Shown piece after piece: positions 29,929 to 39,119 of a DNA stretch of 60,335 bases; the first letter of the stretch is position 1, and each line of letters opens with the position of its first letter. The notes below the pieces were generated by a model. The model was not told the origin of the DNA. It was given only the letters and a program-made list of their open reading frames with translations, and did no database searches. Both the position numbers and the translations under genes were made by a program. The stretch lies in assembly GCA_023473595.1 (NCBI GenBank), contig JAMCYV010000011.1, forward strand, positions 1 to 60,335, read 5' to 3'. Origin of the DNA: Patescibacteria group bacterium. GTDB taxonomy: Bacteria > Patescibacteriota > CPR2 > UBA1875 > JAMCYV01.

Positions 29929-30076
29929 CTCCTAAGATTTGTACTACTGTCTTTTGTAAATGTGCACTTTCTGTTTTGTTTGTGCGGTAATTATAGCATA
30001 ATAATAATCTTATGGGAATACTAAATTCCTGGTAACTAAAACTTCTTTTTGTGTTATGATTTGCATTGAGATTTAA

Positions 30077-30152
30077 GGGCCTGTAGCTCAGTTGGCAGAG
30101 CGCCGCATTCGCATTGCGGAGGTCGTCGGTTCAACTCCGATCAGGTCCACCA
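30077..30152 (+). tRNA. tRNA-Ala (CGC), CCA encoded
   Basis: gggcctg/caggtcc acceptor with G3:U70, anticodon loop ttCGCat. Confidence 0.93.
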
Positions 30153-30186
30153 AACTTCGCTCTTTGAGCTTCGCTTGGCAAGCCCA
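30153..30186 (+). repeat. GC-rich repeat of the gagctWcgcttggSRRgcc type
   Basis: aaacttcgctctttgagcttcgcttggcaagccc. A related copy gagctacgcttgggggccag lies in the tRNA array near 38850. Confidence 0.5.
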
Positions 30187-30268
30187 AGACTTATGAGTTT
30201 AAAAAAGAAGATTGAAAAAGCTAAAGAATAGTGCTATTAAATAATAAAATAATGTTTGGAAAGAATTA

Positions 30269-31003
30269 ATGCATACATCAATTGAATTGGAAAAAGAAGC
30301 TCAAGAGTTAGGTATCTCATTAAGTAAAGTACTTGAAATAGTTGAAAAAGTGCGTCCATATACTATGGTCCCTGATATAAGCCAATGTTTTAATATTTTT
30401 TCGGTCATTAGAGCAATTAGAAACAAACAGAAAGGAATAATTGTTGAATGCGGAGCCTGGAAAGGAGGAAGCGGGATGGCAATGCTTTTGGCTCAGAAAG
30501 AATTTTTTGGCAAAGTAATCAAGCCGGTTTATCTTTTGGATAGTTTTGAAGGCTTGCCTCCAGCGAAAGAAATAGACGGCCCGTTGGCAAAAAAATGGCA
30601 AAAGGATACAAAATCTCCAGGGTACTATGATAATTGCATTGCTTTAATAGATGATGTTAAAAAGGCTTTGGTTGACTTCGGTTTCTCCGAGGGGGATTTT
30701 TATCTTATTAAGGGATGGTTTGATAAAACCGTTCCCCTTCTGGCCAAAAAATTAAGATTTAAAAAAATAGCTCTTTTAAGGCTCGACGGCGACTGGTATG
30801 ATTCCACAAAAATCTGTTTGGAAAATTTGTCTCCTTTGGTATCTAAAGGCGGAATTGTAATTCTTGACGACTATTATGCCTGGGATGGATGCTCCATTGC
30901 CGTTCACGAATATCTCGGGGGCAACAAGCTGTCGTATAGGATCAAGCCTATAGGTAATTTCATGGGTGCTTATTTCTATCAAAAAAGCAGAGATATTAAA
31001 TGA
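30269..31003 (+). CDS. TylF/MycF-family (macrocin-type) O-methyltransferase
   Basis: ECGAWKGGSGMAM, LLDSFEGLP, LRLDGDWYDST...GGIVILDDY, characteristic of the family. Confidence 0.8.
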   Translation: MHTSIELEKEAQELGISLSKVLEIVEKVRPYTMVPDISQCFNIFSVIRAIRNKQKGIIVECGAWKGGSGMAMLLAQKEFFGKVIKPVYLLDSFEGLPPAKEIDGPLAKKWQKDTKSPGYYDNCIALIDDVKKALVDFGFSEGDFYLIKGWFDKTVPLLAKKLRFKKIALLRLDGDWYDSTKICLENLSPLVSKGGIVILDDYYAWDGCSIAVHEYLGGNKLSYRIKPIGNFMGAYFYQKSRDIK

Positions 31004-31124
31004 TTAAAAAATTAAAATTGTCTTTCTGATTTAAGTACTATAGTTTTTCTTTTTGCTCCTATGTCGAAAAAGATACTATTTTGATATTATTTCTCTTGTT
31101 TTAAGTTTATATTAGAATGATGAG

Positions 31125-32207
31125 ATGGAAACTGATTTAAGAAACAAAATTGACTTTTTAGTCGAAAAAAGCAAGGAAGTTCTTTTAGATTGCTGTCTTC
31201 CAAATGGAGCGATAGTTGCAGCAAATTCTAAAGCTTCTTATTTCCCCAAAGAAGCCAAGGATTATTTTTTTGTTTGGCCAAGGGATGGAGCGTATATTTG
31301 TCTAGCGTTAAGTACTTTAGACATCAAGGATGAACAATGTAGGTTTTTCAATTGGCTTACAAAAATAGAGGATTGGCAAAAAACAGGTTTATTTTTTGAG
31401 AGATATAATATAGATGGTTCTCTTTCGCATGACAAAACCGTAAGCTTTCACAGATTTCAGCCTGATCAAACAGGAATAGTTCTTTTAGCAATTGCAAATT
31501 ATTTAAAAACAAATCTAAAAAAGAGTGATGACTATTATGAACTTATAATAAAGTCAGCTCATAGTTTATGTAAGACTTGGGAGAAAGATCATTTTAATAG
31601 AATTACTAATGATCTTTGGGAAGAGAGAGATACTGATCCAGATCCAAAAGATAATTTTTCATATTCGCTTGGAGCTTGCATTGCCGGTCTTTTAGCGGCA
31701 AATGAATTATTTCCAAGCAATTTATTTAAAGAGATGGCTTTCAGGATGGAAGAAGTTTTAGTGAAGAGTGCAAAAAGAAAGGGCTATTTTTATCGATCAT
31801 TCAGAAATAAAAGCGACGAAAGAATCGATACTAGTCTTTTAGGCCTTATCTGGCCGTTTGAAATATTAAAACCAGATGATCCATTGGCGGTTAAAACCGT
31901 GGCATTAATTGAACAGAAATTAGTCCAAGATTATGGTGTCTATCGCTATGAAAATGATAAATATAGTGGCTGGGTTCCCAATGGCTATGATGAGAGAGAA
32001 GGCGCCGGGTTTTGGCCACTTCTTAATTTCTGGATGACTATTATTCTTTCTAAAATGAATAGAAAAGAAGAAGCGATGAAATATTTTAATAAAGTTCTTG
32101 AGTCTATAGATTTGAAGAAAGGTTTTATTCCAGAACAGATTTTTGATAATGATATTCAAGTATCTGTTTCGCCACTAGCCTGGAGCCATGCAATGTTTAT
32201 TATTTAA
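31125..32207 (+). CDS. glycoside hydrolase family 15 (glucoamylase-like) catalytic domain protein
   Basis: WPRDGAY, DLWEER, SPLAWSHAMFI motifs. Confidence 0.8.
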   Translation: METDLRNKIDFLVEKSKEVLLDCCLPNGAIVAANSKASYFPKEAKDYFFVWPRDGAYICLALSTLDIKDEQCRFFNWLTKIEDWQKTGLFFERYNIDGSLSHDKTVSFHRFQPDQTGIVLLAIANYLKTNLKKSDDYYELIIKSAHSLCKTWEKDHFNRITNDLWEERDTDPDPKDNFSYSLGACIAGLLAANELFPSNLFKEMAFRMEEVLVKSAKRKGYFYRSFRNKSDERIDTSLLGLIWPFEILKPDDPLAVKTVALIEQKLVQDYGVYRYENDKYSGWVPNGYDEREGAGFWPLLNFWMTIILSKMNRKEEAMKYFNKVLESIDLKKGFIPEQIFDNDIQVSVSPLAWSHAMFII

Positions 32208-32292
32208 ACAAAGGAACTAAAAGCCTTGAATTGTTCTAAAATTTAAGATATAAATACTTCCGAAATTTAGGGGTTGATAATTTAAGAATGTA

Positions 32293-32318
32293 GTCGGTTC
32301 GACTCCGATCAGGCACCA
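32293..32318 (+). repeat. fragment duplicating the 3' end (T arm plus acceptor) of tRNA-Ala(CGC)
   Basis: gtcggttcgactccgatcagg-cacca against the tRNA gtcggttcaactccgatcaggtccacca (30125-30152). Confidence 0.75.
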
Positions 32319-32361
32319 AAATGATTTCTTTTGAAGTCATTTTTTGTTTATTTAAGGCCTA

Positions 32362-32390
32362 TTGACGTATTTTTTAAAAAACCTTATGCT
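32362..32390 (+). promoter_or_regulatory. candidate promoter for the beta-propeller gene pair
   Basis: ttgacg(32362-32367), 17-nt spacer, tatgct(32385-32390). Confidence 0.35.
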
Positions 32391-32425
32391 ATTTATGCAA
32401 ATTAAAAATTAATAATGAAGGCAAA

Positions 32426-33559
32426 ATGAAGAAAATTTTTTATAAATTAAAGGCACCTTTCATTTTTTTATTAACACTAATTTTTACCTTTTTGTTAGCG
32501 ACTCCAGTTTCGGCGTTGCCATTTACGCCTTATGCGGTAGGAGTGAGTAGTGCGACCAATTCTTCAGTCAACGGTTGGAGTATGCAAAACACAAAATTTG
32601 TGGTCTCAGGGCTTTTTGACGGCATCGGCGGCGCTGATTTGGCTGCAGTCTATGATTATGGCAATAATAATATGGGGATTATTCTTCTCCCTGAAGGGAA
32701 TGTTAGCCAGGCAAGAACTATCTATCTAACCGGCGCCCACAATTGGGACATGCAAAAGACCAAATTTGTAACGGCTGGGGATTATGATGGTGATTTGATT
32801 TCTGACATTGCAATTTTATATGATTATGGGAATAACGATTTAGGGATTTGGGTTTTCTCCGGCGGTGTCAGCCCATCCTTGTATTACAAGAGCGGACCAA
32901 ATAATTGGAACCTTGGAAGTACTAAGTTTGTCGCTTCTGGAAATTATGATGGCGGCAGCCCAGCTACTACTGATATCACAGTAATGTATGATTACGGTAA
33001 TAATAAAATGGGCATCTGGAATTTTCTTTCTAGCGGGTCAAGTTTTCTTCCTGAATTAAACTACTATAGCAATAGCTGGAATATAACTAGCACAAAGTTC
33101 TTCCTCTCATACGATTTCTTAGGCGACGGATATAACGATATTGCTGCAGTCTATGACTATGGCAATAATGATATGGCTATTTGGGTCTTTGATGCTGACC
33201 CTAGAGGAAATAGATATATCCCTTCAATCTATTTTAGGAGCGGGACAGGGAATTGGTCTCTTAAGAACACTAAATTTGCTACCATCGGTGTTGTCCCGAT
33301 GATTACAATGGTTTACGATTATGGCAACAACAATATGGGGATTTGGAATTTCTATAATCTGGCTCCAGGTAGTTTTACGCCGGCTCTTGGCTATATCAGC
33401 GGGTCTGGTCATTGGAGTGTAGAGAACACTAAATATTTCTATGATGGCCTCTTCCTTAATGTCGATAGTCCATTAGGCGCTGCTGCCTTTTATGATTATG
33501 GGAACAGTACTATAGGTATTTGGAAATTCTCTTATGCGCTTTCAGGCCCTCCACTTTAA
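32426..33559 (+). CDS. secreted repeat protein, FG-GAP/VCBS-like beta-propeller (six YDYGNN repeats)
   Basis: Signal peptide. Six units of NW.(L/M)..TKF..(S/A)GD(Y/F)(D/N)GD...D(I/L)A.(V/M)YDYGNN.MGIW.F. Confidence 0.8.
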   Translation: MKKIFYKLKAPFIFLLTLIFTFLLATPVSALPFTPYAVGVSSATNSSVNGWSMQNTKFVVSGLFDGIGGADLAAVYDYGNNNMGIILLPEGNVSQARTIYLTGAHNWDMQKTKFVTAGDYDGDLISDIAILYDYGNNDLGIWVFSGGVSPSLYYKSGPNNWNLGSTKFVASGNYDGGSPATTDITVMYDYGNNKMGIWNFLSSGSSFLPELNYYSNSWNITSTKFFLSYDFLGDGYNDIAAVYDYGNNDMAIWVFDADPRGNRYIPSIYFRSGTGNWSLKNTKFATIGVVPMITMVYDYGNNNMGIWNFYNLAPGSFTPALGYISGSGHWSVENTKYFYDGLFLNVDSPLGAAAFYDYGNSTIGIWKFSYALSGPPL

Positions 33560-33579
33560 ATAATAAATAAAGGGGTAGA

Positions 33580-34707
33580 ATGAAAAGAAAATTAAATCAA
33601 TTAAAGATGTCTTTGGTTCTGTCTACGACCATTCTTTTTATTTTTTCGCTGGCGGTGCCAGCTTCGGCAGCACCCATAAGTCCGAACTTTATTGTTCGTG
33701 TTGGCAGTGCTACCAACTCGACTGTAGGCGGTTGGAATATGCAGAGTACTAAATTTACTGTCTCCGGAAATTTTGATAATAGTTTAGGGGCTGATCTGGC
33801 GGTTATATATAATTATGGCAATAATAATATGGGGATTATTATTATCCCTGAAGCGAAAGTGTCGCAAGCAACAACGATATATTTAACTGGTAATTATAAT
33901 TGGGATCTTACTAAAACTAAATTTGTGATTGCAGGAGACTATAACGGTGATCTTGTTTCTAATATTGCAGCTGTCTATGATTACGGAAATAACGACATGG
34001 GAATCTGGATCTTCTACAATGGGTTTTTGCCTACTTTAGTGTATAAAAGCGGTTCCGGCAACTGGAATCTCCAAAATACTAAATTTGTTGAATCTAGCAA
34101 TTTTTCAAATGATTATGGCGATTATGAAGACCTAGCAATGATGTACGATTATGGCGATAACAAGATGGGCATATGGAACTTTATTTCAAATGGCGCTACT
34201 TTTGTGCCAAAATTTGCCTTCTATAGTAATAACTGGAATATTAACAAAACAAAATTTGTTGTTTCTGATGATTATACAGGGGATTTCAGCGGCGACTTAG
34301 CAGCCATCTATGATTATGACAACAACGATATGGGGATATGGGTTTTCCAGGGGGATCCGGTGCAAGGGACTTTTACACCTTCATTGTTTTACAAAACTGG
34401 GCCGGGAAACTGGTCTCTAGCTAACACGAAATTTGTAAGTTCGGGATTGCCTGAAATTGTGATGATGTATGATTATGGCAACAATAATATGGGGATTTGG
34501 GATTTTTATCTCACTGCTCCAGGTGTATTTAGTCCATTCCTTCTTTATATTAGCGGGTCCGGGAACTGGAGCGTTACAAACACCAAAACCTTTACAGAAA
34601 GCGCCTTCTTTAATCCTTATGGCCCGTATGGAATAGCTTCGTTGTATGATTATGGCAATAATACGATCGGAATCTGGATCTTCGGTTATCAATCCGTAAT
34701 ACCATAG
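33580..34707 (+). CDS. secreted repeat protein, tandem paralogue of the preceding gene
   Basis: Same signal peptide and six-repeat architecture, collinear with 32426-33559. Confidence 0.8.
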   Translation: MKRKLNQLKMSLVLSTTILFIFSLAVPASAAPISPNFIVRVGSATNSTVGGWNMQSTKFTVSGNFDNSLGADLAVIYNYGNNNMGIIIIPEAKVSQATTIYLTGNYNWDLTKTKFVIAGDYNGDLVSNIAAVYDYGNNDMGIWIFYNGFLPTLVYKSGSGNWNLQNTKFVESSNFSNDYGDYEDLAMMYDYGDNKMGIWNFISNGATFVPKFAFYSNNWNINKTKFVVSDDYTGDFSGDLAAIYDYDNNDMGIWVFQGDPVQGTFTPSLFYKTGPGNWSLANTKFVSSGLPEIVMMYDYGNNNMGIWDFYLTAPGVFSPFLLYISGSGNWSVTNTKTFTESAFFNPYGPYGIASLYDYGNNTIGIWIFGYQSVIP

Positions 34708-34765
34708 TATAAAAACTTTAGTTCTTATCTTTTAAAAAAGTCTTCTACTAGGCTAATCTTTAAGT

Positions 34766-36286
34766 ATGAATACAACTTTAGCGAAGAAGATTAAGATTTT
34801 ACCGAAAACTTCTGGAGTCTATCTTTACCGCGATAAAAACAAGCGTATTATTTATGTCGGAAAAGCGGTTAACCTAAAAAGCCGAGTCTCTTCGTATTTT
34901 CAAAAAACTCTGAATTATCTGCCGAAGACTGTTCAACTTATTAAAGAAATTGAGAGTTTAGAGTGGATTGAGACGGAGTCGGAGGTTGGGGCTCTTCTTC
35001 TTGAATCAGAACTTATAAAGAGATATCAGCCAAAGTTCAATGTTGAATGGCGGGATAATAAAAATTACCTCTTCCTTAAAATCCCTAAAGAGGATTTCCC
35101 AATGCCTGGGTTTGTTCGTTATCCGTCAGATGATAAGGCCACCTATTTTGGGCCGTATATCGATGCCACGGCTGTTCGTCAGGTTTTAAAGCTTCTTAGA
35201 AAAAGTTTCCCTTTCAGAAGCAAAGGCGATCTTAAAGCTAAAAAAGCTTGTCTTTATTATCACTTAAGGCAGTGTCCGGGAGTCTGTATTGAAGCCATTT
35301 CTAAAAGCGATTATCAGAAAAACATCCGTAAAATTATTCAGTTCTTTGAGGGCAAGAGTGAGAAGATGAAGAAAGAGTTTGAGAAAGAAATGAAAAAAGC
35401 GGCCAGGGAAAAAAATTTCGAAAAAGCGGCTTACTTCCGCAATGTCATCTTTAATTTAGAAAGAATCGACCAGATTCATATCTTAAAAAAAGAAGATTTC
35501 TCCAAGACCGACCATGCTCTTTATGGGCTTCAAAAGGAACTGGGATTAAAAAAAGTTCCCAGAAGAATCGAATGTTATGATATTTCCAATATCCAGGGGA
35601 AGTATGCCGTTGGCTCAATGGTTGTCTTTGAAAACGGTCTTCCGGCTAAAGAAAATTACCGCAAGTTTAAAGTAAAAAAAATAAAAGGACCGGATGATCC
35701 GGCGATGATCGGAGAAATTATAAAAAGGAGGTTTGAAAAAGATTGGGAGCTTCCTCAACTTATTGTTGTCGACGGAGGAAAACTTGACCCGCTAGAAAGA
35801 AAAAATGAATTTAAGGGATTAAAAATTAATATTCCTCTAATCGGCCTTGCTAAAAGATTTGAGGAGATATATACTGTCATCCCGACTAAAGTGGAAGGGT
35901 CTCTTGGTAAGTTTACCCTGAGCGAAGTCGAATGGGCCCGGGATGACAATCCACGTTTTAAGAAAATAATTTTGCCAAAGAATTCTGAAAGCCTCTATCT
36001 TTTACAGAGGATAAGGGATGAAGCCCATCGGTTTGCGATCACATACTTTAGAGAAACTCACAAGAAAGAGGCTAGAAAGTCAGGTTTGGATGATATATCT
36101 GGGATTGGGCCCAAGACTAAGAAAAAATTATTGAAAGAATTTGGTTCGATTGTCAAAATAAAAGAGGCAAGTGAGTCGAAAATTGCTAAAATAATAGGAG
36201 AGAAGAAGGCTAAAATTATTAAACTGTCATTCCGGGCTGCCGAAAGTTGGCCTTTTCCTCCAGATTCTGAATCTAGTTCAGAATGA
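34766..36286 (+). CDS. uvrC: excinuclease ABC subunit C (short form) with repeat-derived segments
   Basis: N-terminal GIY-YIG GVYLYRDKNKRIIYVGKAVNLKSRV, RIECYDISN, LLQRIRDEAHRFAI, C-terminal HhH GIGPKTKKKLLKEFGS. Confidence 0.93.
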   Translation: MNTTLAKKIKILPKTSGVYLYRDKNKRIIYVGKAVNLKSRVSSYFQKTLNYLPKTVQLIKEIESLEWIETESEVGALLLESELIKRYQPKFNVEWRDNKNYLFLKIPKEDFPMPGFVRYPSDDKATYFGPYIDATAVRQVLKLLRKSFPFRSKGDLKAKKACLYYHLRQCPGVCIEAISKSDYQKNIRKIIQFFEGKSEKMKKEFEKEMKKAAREKNFEKAAYFRNVIFNLERIDQIHILKKEDFSKTDHALYGLQKELGLKKVPRRIECYDISNIQGKYAVGSMVVFENGLPAKENYRKFKVKKIKGPDDPAMIGEIIKRRFEKDWELPQLIVVDGGKLDPLERKNEFKGLKINIPLIGLAKRFEEIYTVIPTKVEGSLGKFTLSEVEWARDDNPRFKKIILPKNSESLYLLQRIRDEAHRFAITYFRETHKKEARKSGLDDISGIGPKTKKKLLKEFGSIVKIKEASESKIAKIIGEKKAKIIKLSFRAAESWPFPPDSESSSE

Positions 36287-36288
36287 CA
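36225..36288 (+). repeat. TGTCAT element forming the last ~20 codons and the stop of uvrC
   Basis: tgtcattccg at the left end, ttctgaa-tctag-ttcagaa hairpin, then cagaatgaca at the right end (termini 9/10 inverse). Confidence 0.65.
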
Positions 36289-36435
36289 ATTAGTAAAATG
36301 AAAAATTTCGAAGAAATCGAAAAGGAGATAAGGAAGAAAGAGGAGAAAAAAATCCGGAAAAAAGATAAAATCTCCGGAAAAAGCGTTTTTCTCTTAAAAA
36401 AACTGATCGAAAGGAAAAAGAAAAAACGATCTTAA
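36283..36435 (+). CDS. possible 50-aa lysine-rich small protein, coupled to uvrC
   Basis: ATGA overlap with the uvrC stop. MTISKMKNFEEIEKEIRKKEEKKIRKKDKISGKSVFLLKKLIERKKKKRS. Below the ORF-track size cut-off. Confidence 0.3.
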   Translation: MTISKMKNFEEIEKEIRKKEEKKIRKKDKISGKSVFLLKKLIERKKKKRS

Positions 36436-36501
36436 ACTAGGCTAAAGAAAAAGTAGATCAGGTTGTAAGGAGGCTTAAAATCTGCTATACTTTCAGTTAT
36501 T

Positions 36502-36726
36502 ATGAGTAGAATTTTTCAATTAATCGAAGTTTTTTCGGCCATTACTTTAATAGCCTCTATCCTGCTCCAGCAGAGGGGTACCGGTCTTTCCAGCATCTTC
36601 GGTGGAGAAGGAAGCTCTTATCGAACTAAAAGAGGAGCTGAAAAGTTTCTATTTTGGACCACGATTATTATGGCTATAGTTTTCTTTGGAACAACGTTCT
36701 TGTCTCTTGTATTATTCGCTAAATAA
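36502..36726 (+). CDS. secG: preprotein translocase subunit SecG
   Basis: 74 aa, two TM segments, LLQQRGTGLSSIFGG signature. Confidence 0.85.
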   Translation: MSRIFQLIEVFSAITLIASILLQQRGTGLSSIFGGEGSSYRTKRGAEKFLFWTTIIMAIVFFGTTFLSLVLFAK

Positions 36727-36727
36727 A

Positions 36728-38458
36728 GTGGATTTCAAAAAAGTACAACGTGTCATTCAAAAAGAGATTTTCAGACTAAAGGGACTCGAACCCTCGGATC
36801 TAAAGAGGGAAATTATTATTGTCTTAAAAAAACTACCGGACATTGTCCACCTGAAACAGTTGGTTTTTTTCTCGGTAATATTCTCTGTTGTTATCCTGGT
36901 CCTTTTTTTCCAAAGTTTTTCTTCACTTAAAAATTATTATTCATTGGCCAAACCTTCCTATAGCGGCAGTTATACAGAGGGAATAATCGGAGAAGTGAAG
37001 GGGATAAATCCGATCTTTTCAATTGTAAACCCGACGGAGGATGATGTTGTAACTCTTGTTTTTTCAGGTCTTACAAAGATAAACAGCAAAGGGCAGGTAG
37101 AGGGGGATTTGGCGGAAAAATGGCAGATGTCGCCGGACGGGAAAGTTTTCCAATTTAAGCTAAAGAAAAATATAAGGTGGCATGATGGAGTGCCCCTAAA
37201 TTCTGATGATGTTATTTTTACGATAAATGCCATCCAAAACCCAGATGCTAGAAGCCCTTACTTCTACTCTTGGCGGGGGGTCCAAGTTCAAAAAGACGGT
37301 TCGGATTCGGTAAGGATAACTTTAGCAAGCCCGCTCCCGTCATTTATTTACAATACAACGGTTGGGATTCTTCCAAAGCATCTTTTGGAAAAAATCCCGG
37401 CCAAAAGTCTAAAGCTTGCAGAATTTAACCAGGCTCCGATAGGCTCCGGACCTTACGTCTTCAGTAAGATTGAGAAACGCAAGGATTCCTCTGAAATTAC
37501 GCTTCTAGCAAATGATGATTATTATCAGAAAAAGCCGTATATTCAGACAGTAAAATTCAAGACCTACAAGGATGAAAGCAGCCTAACAAACGGCTATTTG
37601 AAGAAGGAAATCCAAGGGATTTCCAGGATTTCGCTCCTTAACTATGAAAACGCTTTGAAATTAAAAGATATCAAACTTTATATAAAAAGACCGGCAGAAT
37701 ATACGGCGCTCTTTTTCAATGAAAAGAAAGAGATCTTAAAGGATATAAATATCAGGCAGGCGCTGGCAGGATCAGTTGATAAGGGAGAGATTGTAAAATC
37801 TTTGCCTTTAGGTTTAACCGTCCAAGACGGGCCGATTTTAGCCGGGAATCTAGGCGGACTCAAGAAAAAAGAGGTTACAGTTGCCCTTGCCGATGCTAGA
37901 GGTCTTTTGGAAAAGAGCGGCTGGAAACTGGGAGGGAATGTTTATAAAAAGGACGGCGTGGAATTGAAATTAGACCTTGTTTTCTTGGATAATGAAGAGT
38001 TTAGGAAAGTAGCGGAAATTATAAAAAACGATTGGTCTAAACTAGGAGTAAATATTAATTTGAAGCCAGTATCGTTAAACGATTTAGAAAAAGATTATAT
38101 TCGGCCAAGAAATTACGACATTCTTCTTGTTAACGAGAATGTTGGTAATGCAAATGATCTTTATTCATTCTGGGCTTCCAGCGAAAAGCTGGATCCGGGC
38201 CTAAATCTTTCGTTTTTCGAGAACCAAAAGGTGGATAAATATTTGGAGTTTGCAAGAGAAGCGATTGATGAGGCGAGAAAAGCAGAAATGCTTAAAAAAG
38301 CGCAAGAGATTCTTTTTGAAGAAAAGCCGGCAGTTTTTCTCTACTCTTCGCCTTTTATTTATGGTGTTTCTTCAGAAATCGGCGGTATTGATATTAAAAA
38401 AATTGCAAACCCTAAAGATCGCTTCGCAAATATTACCGATTGGTATGTAGTGAAATAG
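36728..38458 (+). CDS. ABC transporter substrate-binding protein, family 5 (peptide/nickel type), TM-anchored
   Basis: IRWHDGVPLNSDDVIFTI and overall SBP_bac_5 layout. GTG at 36728 chosen because the TTG at 36686 overlaps secG. Confidence 0.8.
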   Translation: MDFKKVQRVIQKEIFRLKGLEPSDLKREIIIVLKKLPDIVHLKQLVFFSVIFSVVILVLFFQSFSSLKNYYSLAKPSYSGSYTEGIIGEVKGINPIFSIVNPTEDDVVTLVFSGLTKINSKGQVEGDLAEKWQMSPDGKVFQFKLKKNIRWHDGVPLNSDDVIFTINAIQNPDARSPYFYSWRGVQVQKDGSDSVRITLASPLPSFIYNTTVGILPKHLLEKIPAKSLKLAEFNQAPIGSGPYVFSKIEKRKDSSEITLLANDDYYQKKPYIQTVKFKTYKDESSLTNGYLKKEIQGISRISLLNYENALKLKDIKLYIKRPAEYTALFFNEKKEILKDINIRQALAGSVDKGEIVKSLPLGLTVQDGPILAGNLGGLKKKEVTVALADARGLLEKSGWKLGGNVYKKDGVELKLDLVFLDNEEFRKVAEIIKNDWSKLGVNINLKPVSLNDLEKDYIRPRNYDILLVNENVGNANDLYSFWASSEKLDPGLNLSFFENQKVDKYLEFAREAIDEARKAEMLKKAQEILFEEKPAVFLYSSPFIYGVSSEIGGIDIKKIANPKDRFANITDWYVVK

Positions 38459-38531
38459 CTATAGATTGAACTCGTTTTCGTTGACTTTTAGGCTAAATTT
38501 AAGTATAATTTCTTTGTTATACAAAGCTCAC

Positions 38532-38618
38532 GCGGACGTGGCGGAATTGGTATACGCGCAAGCTTGAGGTGCTTGTGGGAGTAATCCTGTGGAGGTTCAA
38601 GTCCTCTCGTCCGCACCA
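38532..38618 (+). tRNA. tRNA-Leu (GAG), CCA encoded
   Basis: gcggacg/cgtccgc acceptor, loop ttGAGgt, long variable arm. Confidence 0.92.
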
Positions 38619-38663
38619 TTTTTTAATTGTCAATTGTCAATTATTAATTAATAATTATTGAAG

Positions 38664-38740
38664 GGGCGCTTAGCTCAGTTGGCTAGAGCGACTGGTTTAC
38701 ACCCAGTAGGTCATAGGTTCGAGTCCTATAGCGCCCACCA
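38664..38740 (+). tRNA. tRNA-Val (TAC), CCA encoded
   Basis: gggcgct/agcgccc acceptor, loop ttTACac. Confidence 0.92.
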
Positions 38741-38939
38741 TTTTTCGCCACAGCGAAAAATGCCCTTCCGAAGCTTTAGCGGAGGAGGGCAATTAACACT
38801 TAGAGCAACTTTAAAAAAAGGCTTCAAATGGCAGGCCAAAAATTGTCTGAGCTACGCTTGGGGGCCAGTAAAATTGGGAGCGAAGTTTGTCCTTCGTAGC
38901 TTTAGCGGAGAATGGACATTATAATATAAATCAATATAT
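38741..38939. repeat. GC-rich palindromic repeats between tRNA genes
   Basis: gcccttccgaagctttagcggaggagggc and gtccttcgtagctttagcggagaatggac share ccttcNNagctttagcggag. The region also contains gagctacgcttgggggccag. Confidence 0.6.
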
Positions 38940-39015
38940 GCCGAGATAGCTCAGTTGGTAGAGCACAGGACTGAAAATCCTGGTGTCCCCGGTTCGATCC
39001 CGGGTCTCGGCACCA
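38940..39015 (+). tRNA. tRNA-Phe (GAA), CCA encoded
   Basis: gccgaga/tctcggc acceptor, loop ctGAAaa. Confidence 0.95.
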
Positions 39016-39016
39016 T

Positions 39017-39091
39017 GCGGGTGTCGTATAGTGGTTATTACATGGCCTTGCCAAGGCTAAAACGGCGGTTCGATTCCGCTCACCCGCTCCA
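39017..39091 (+). tRNA. tRNA-Gly (GCC), CCA encoded
   Basis: gcgggtg/cacccgc acceptor, loop ttGCCaa. Starts 1 nt after tRNA-Phe. Confidence 0.9.
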
Positions 39092-39119
39092 TAAGATAAA
39101 AGTATGAGTGGGGCCTTTT

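Noticed and set aside
28576-30076. A 23S or 5S rRNA gene following the 16S-Ile-Ala unit
   Set aside because: No 23S or 5S signature sequences are present anywhere in the window. The space is occupied by a protein-coding gene.
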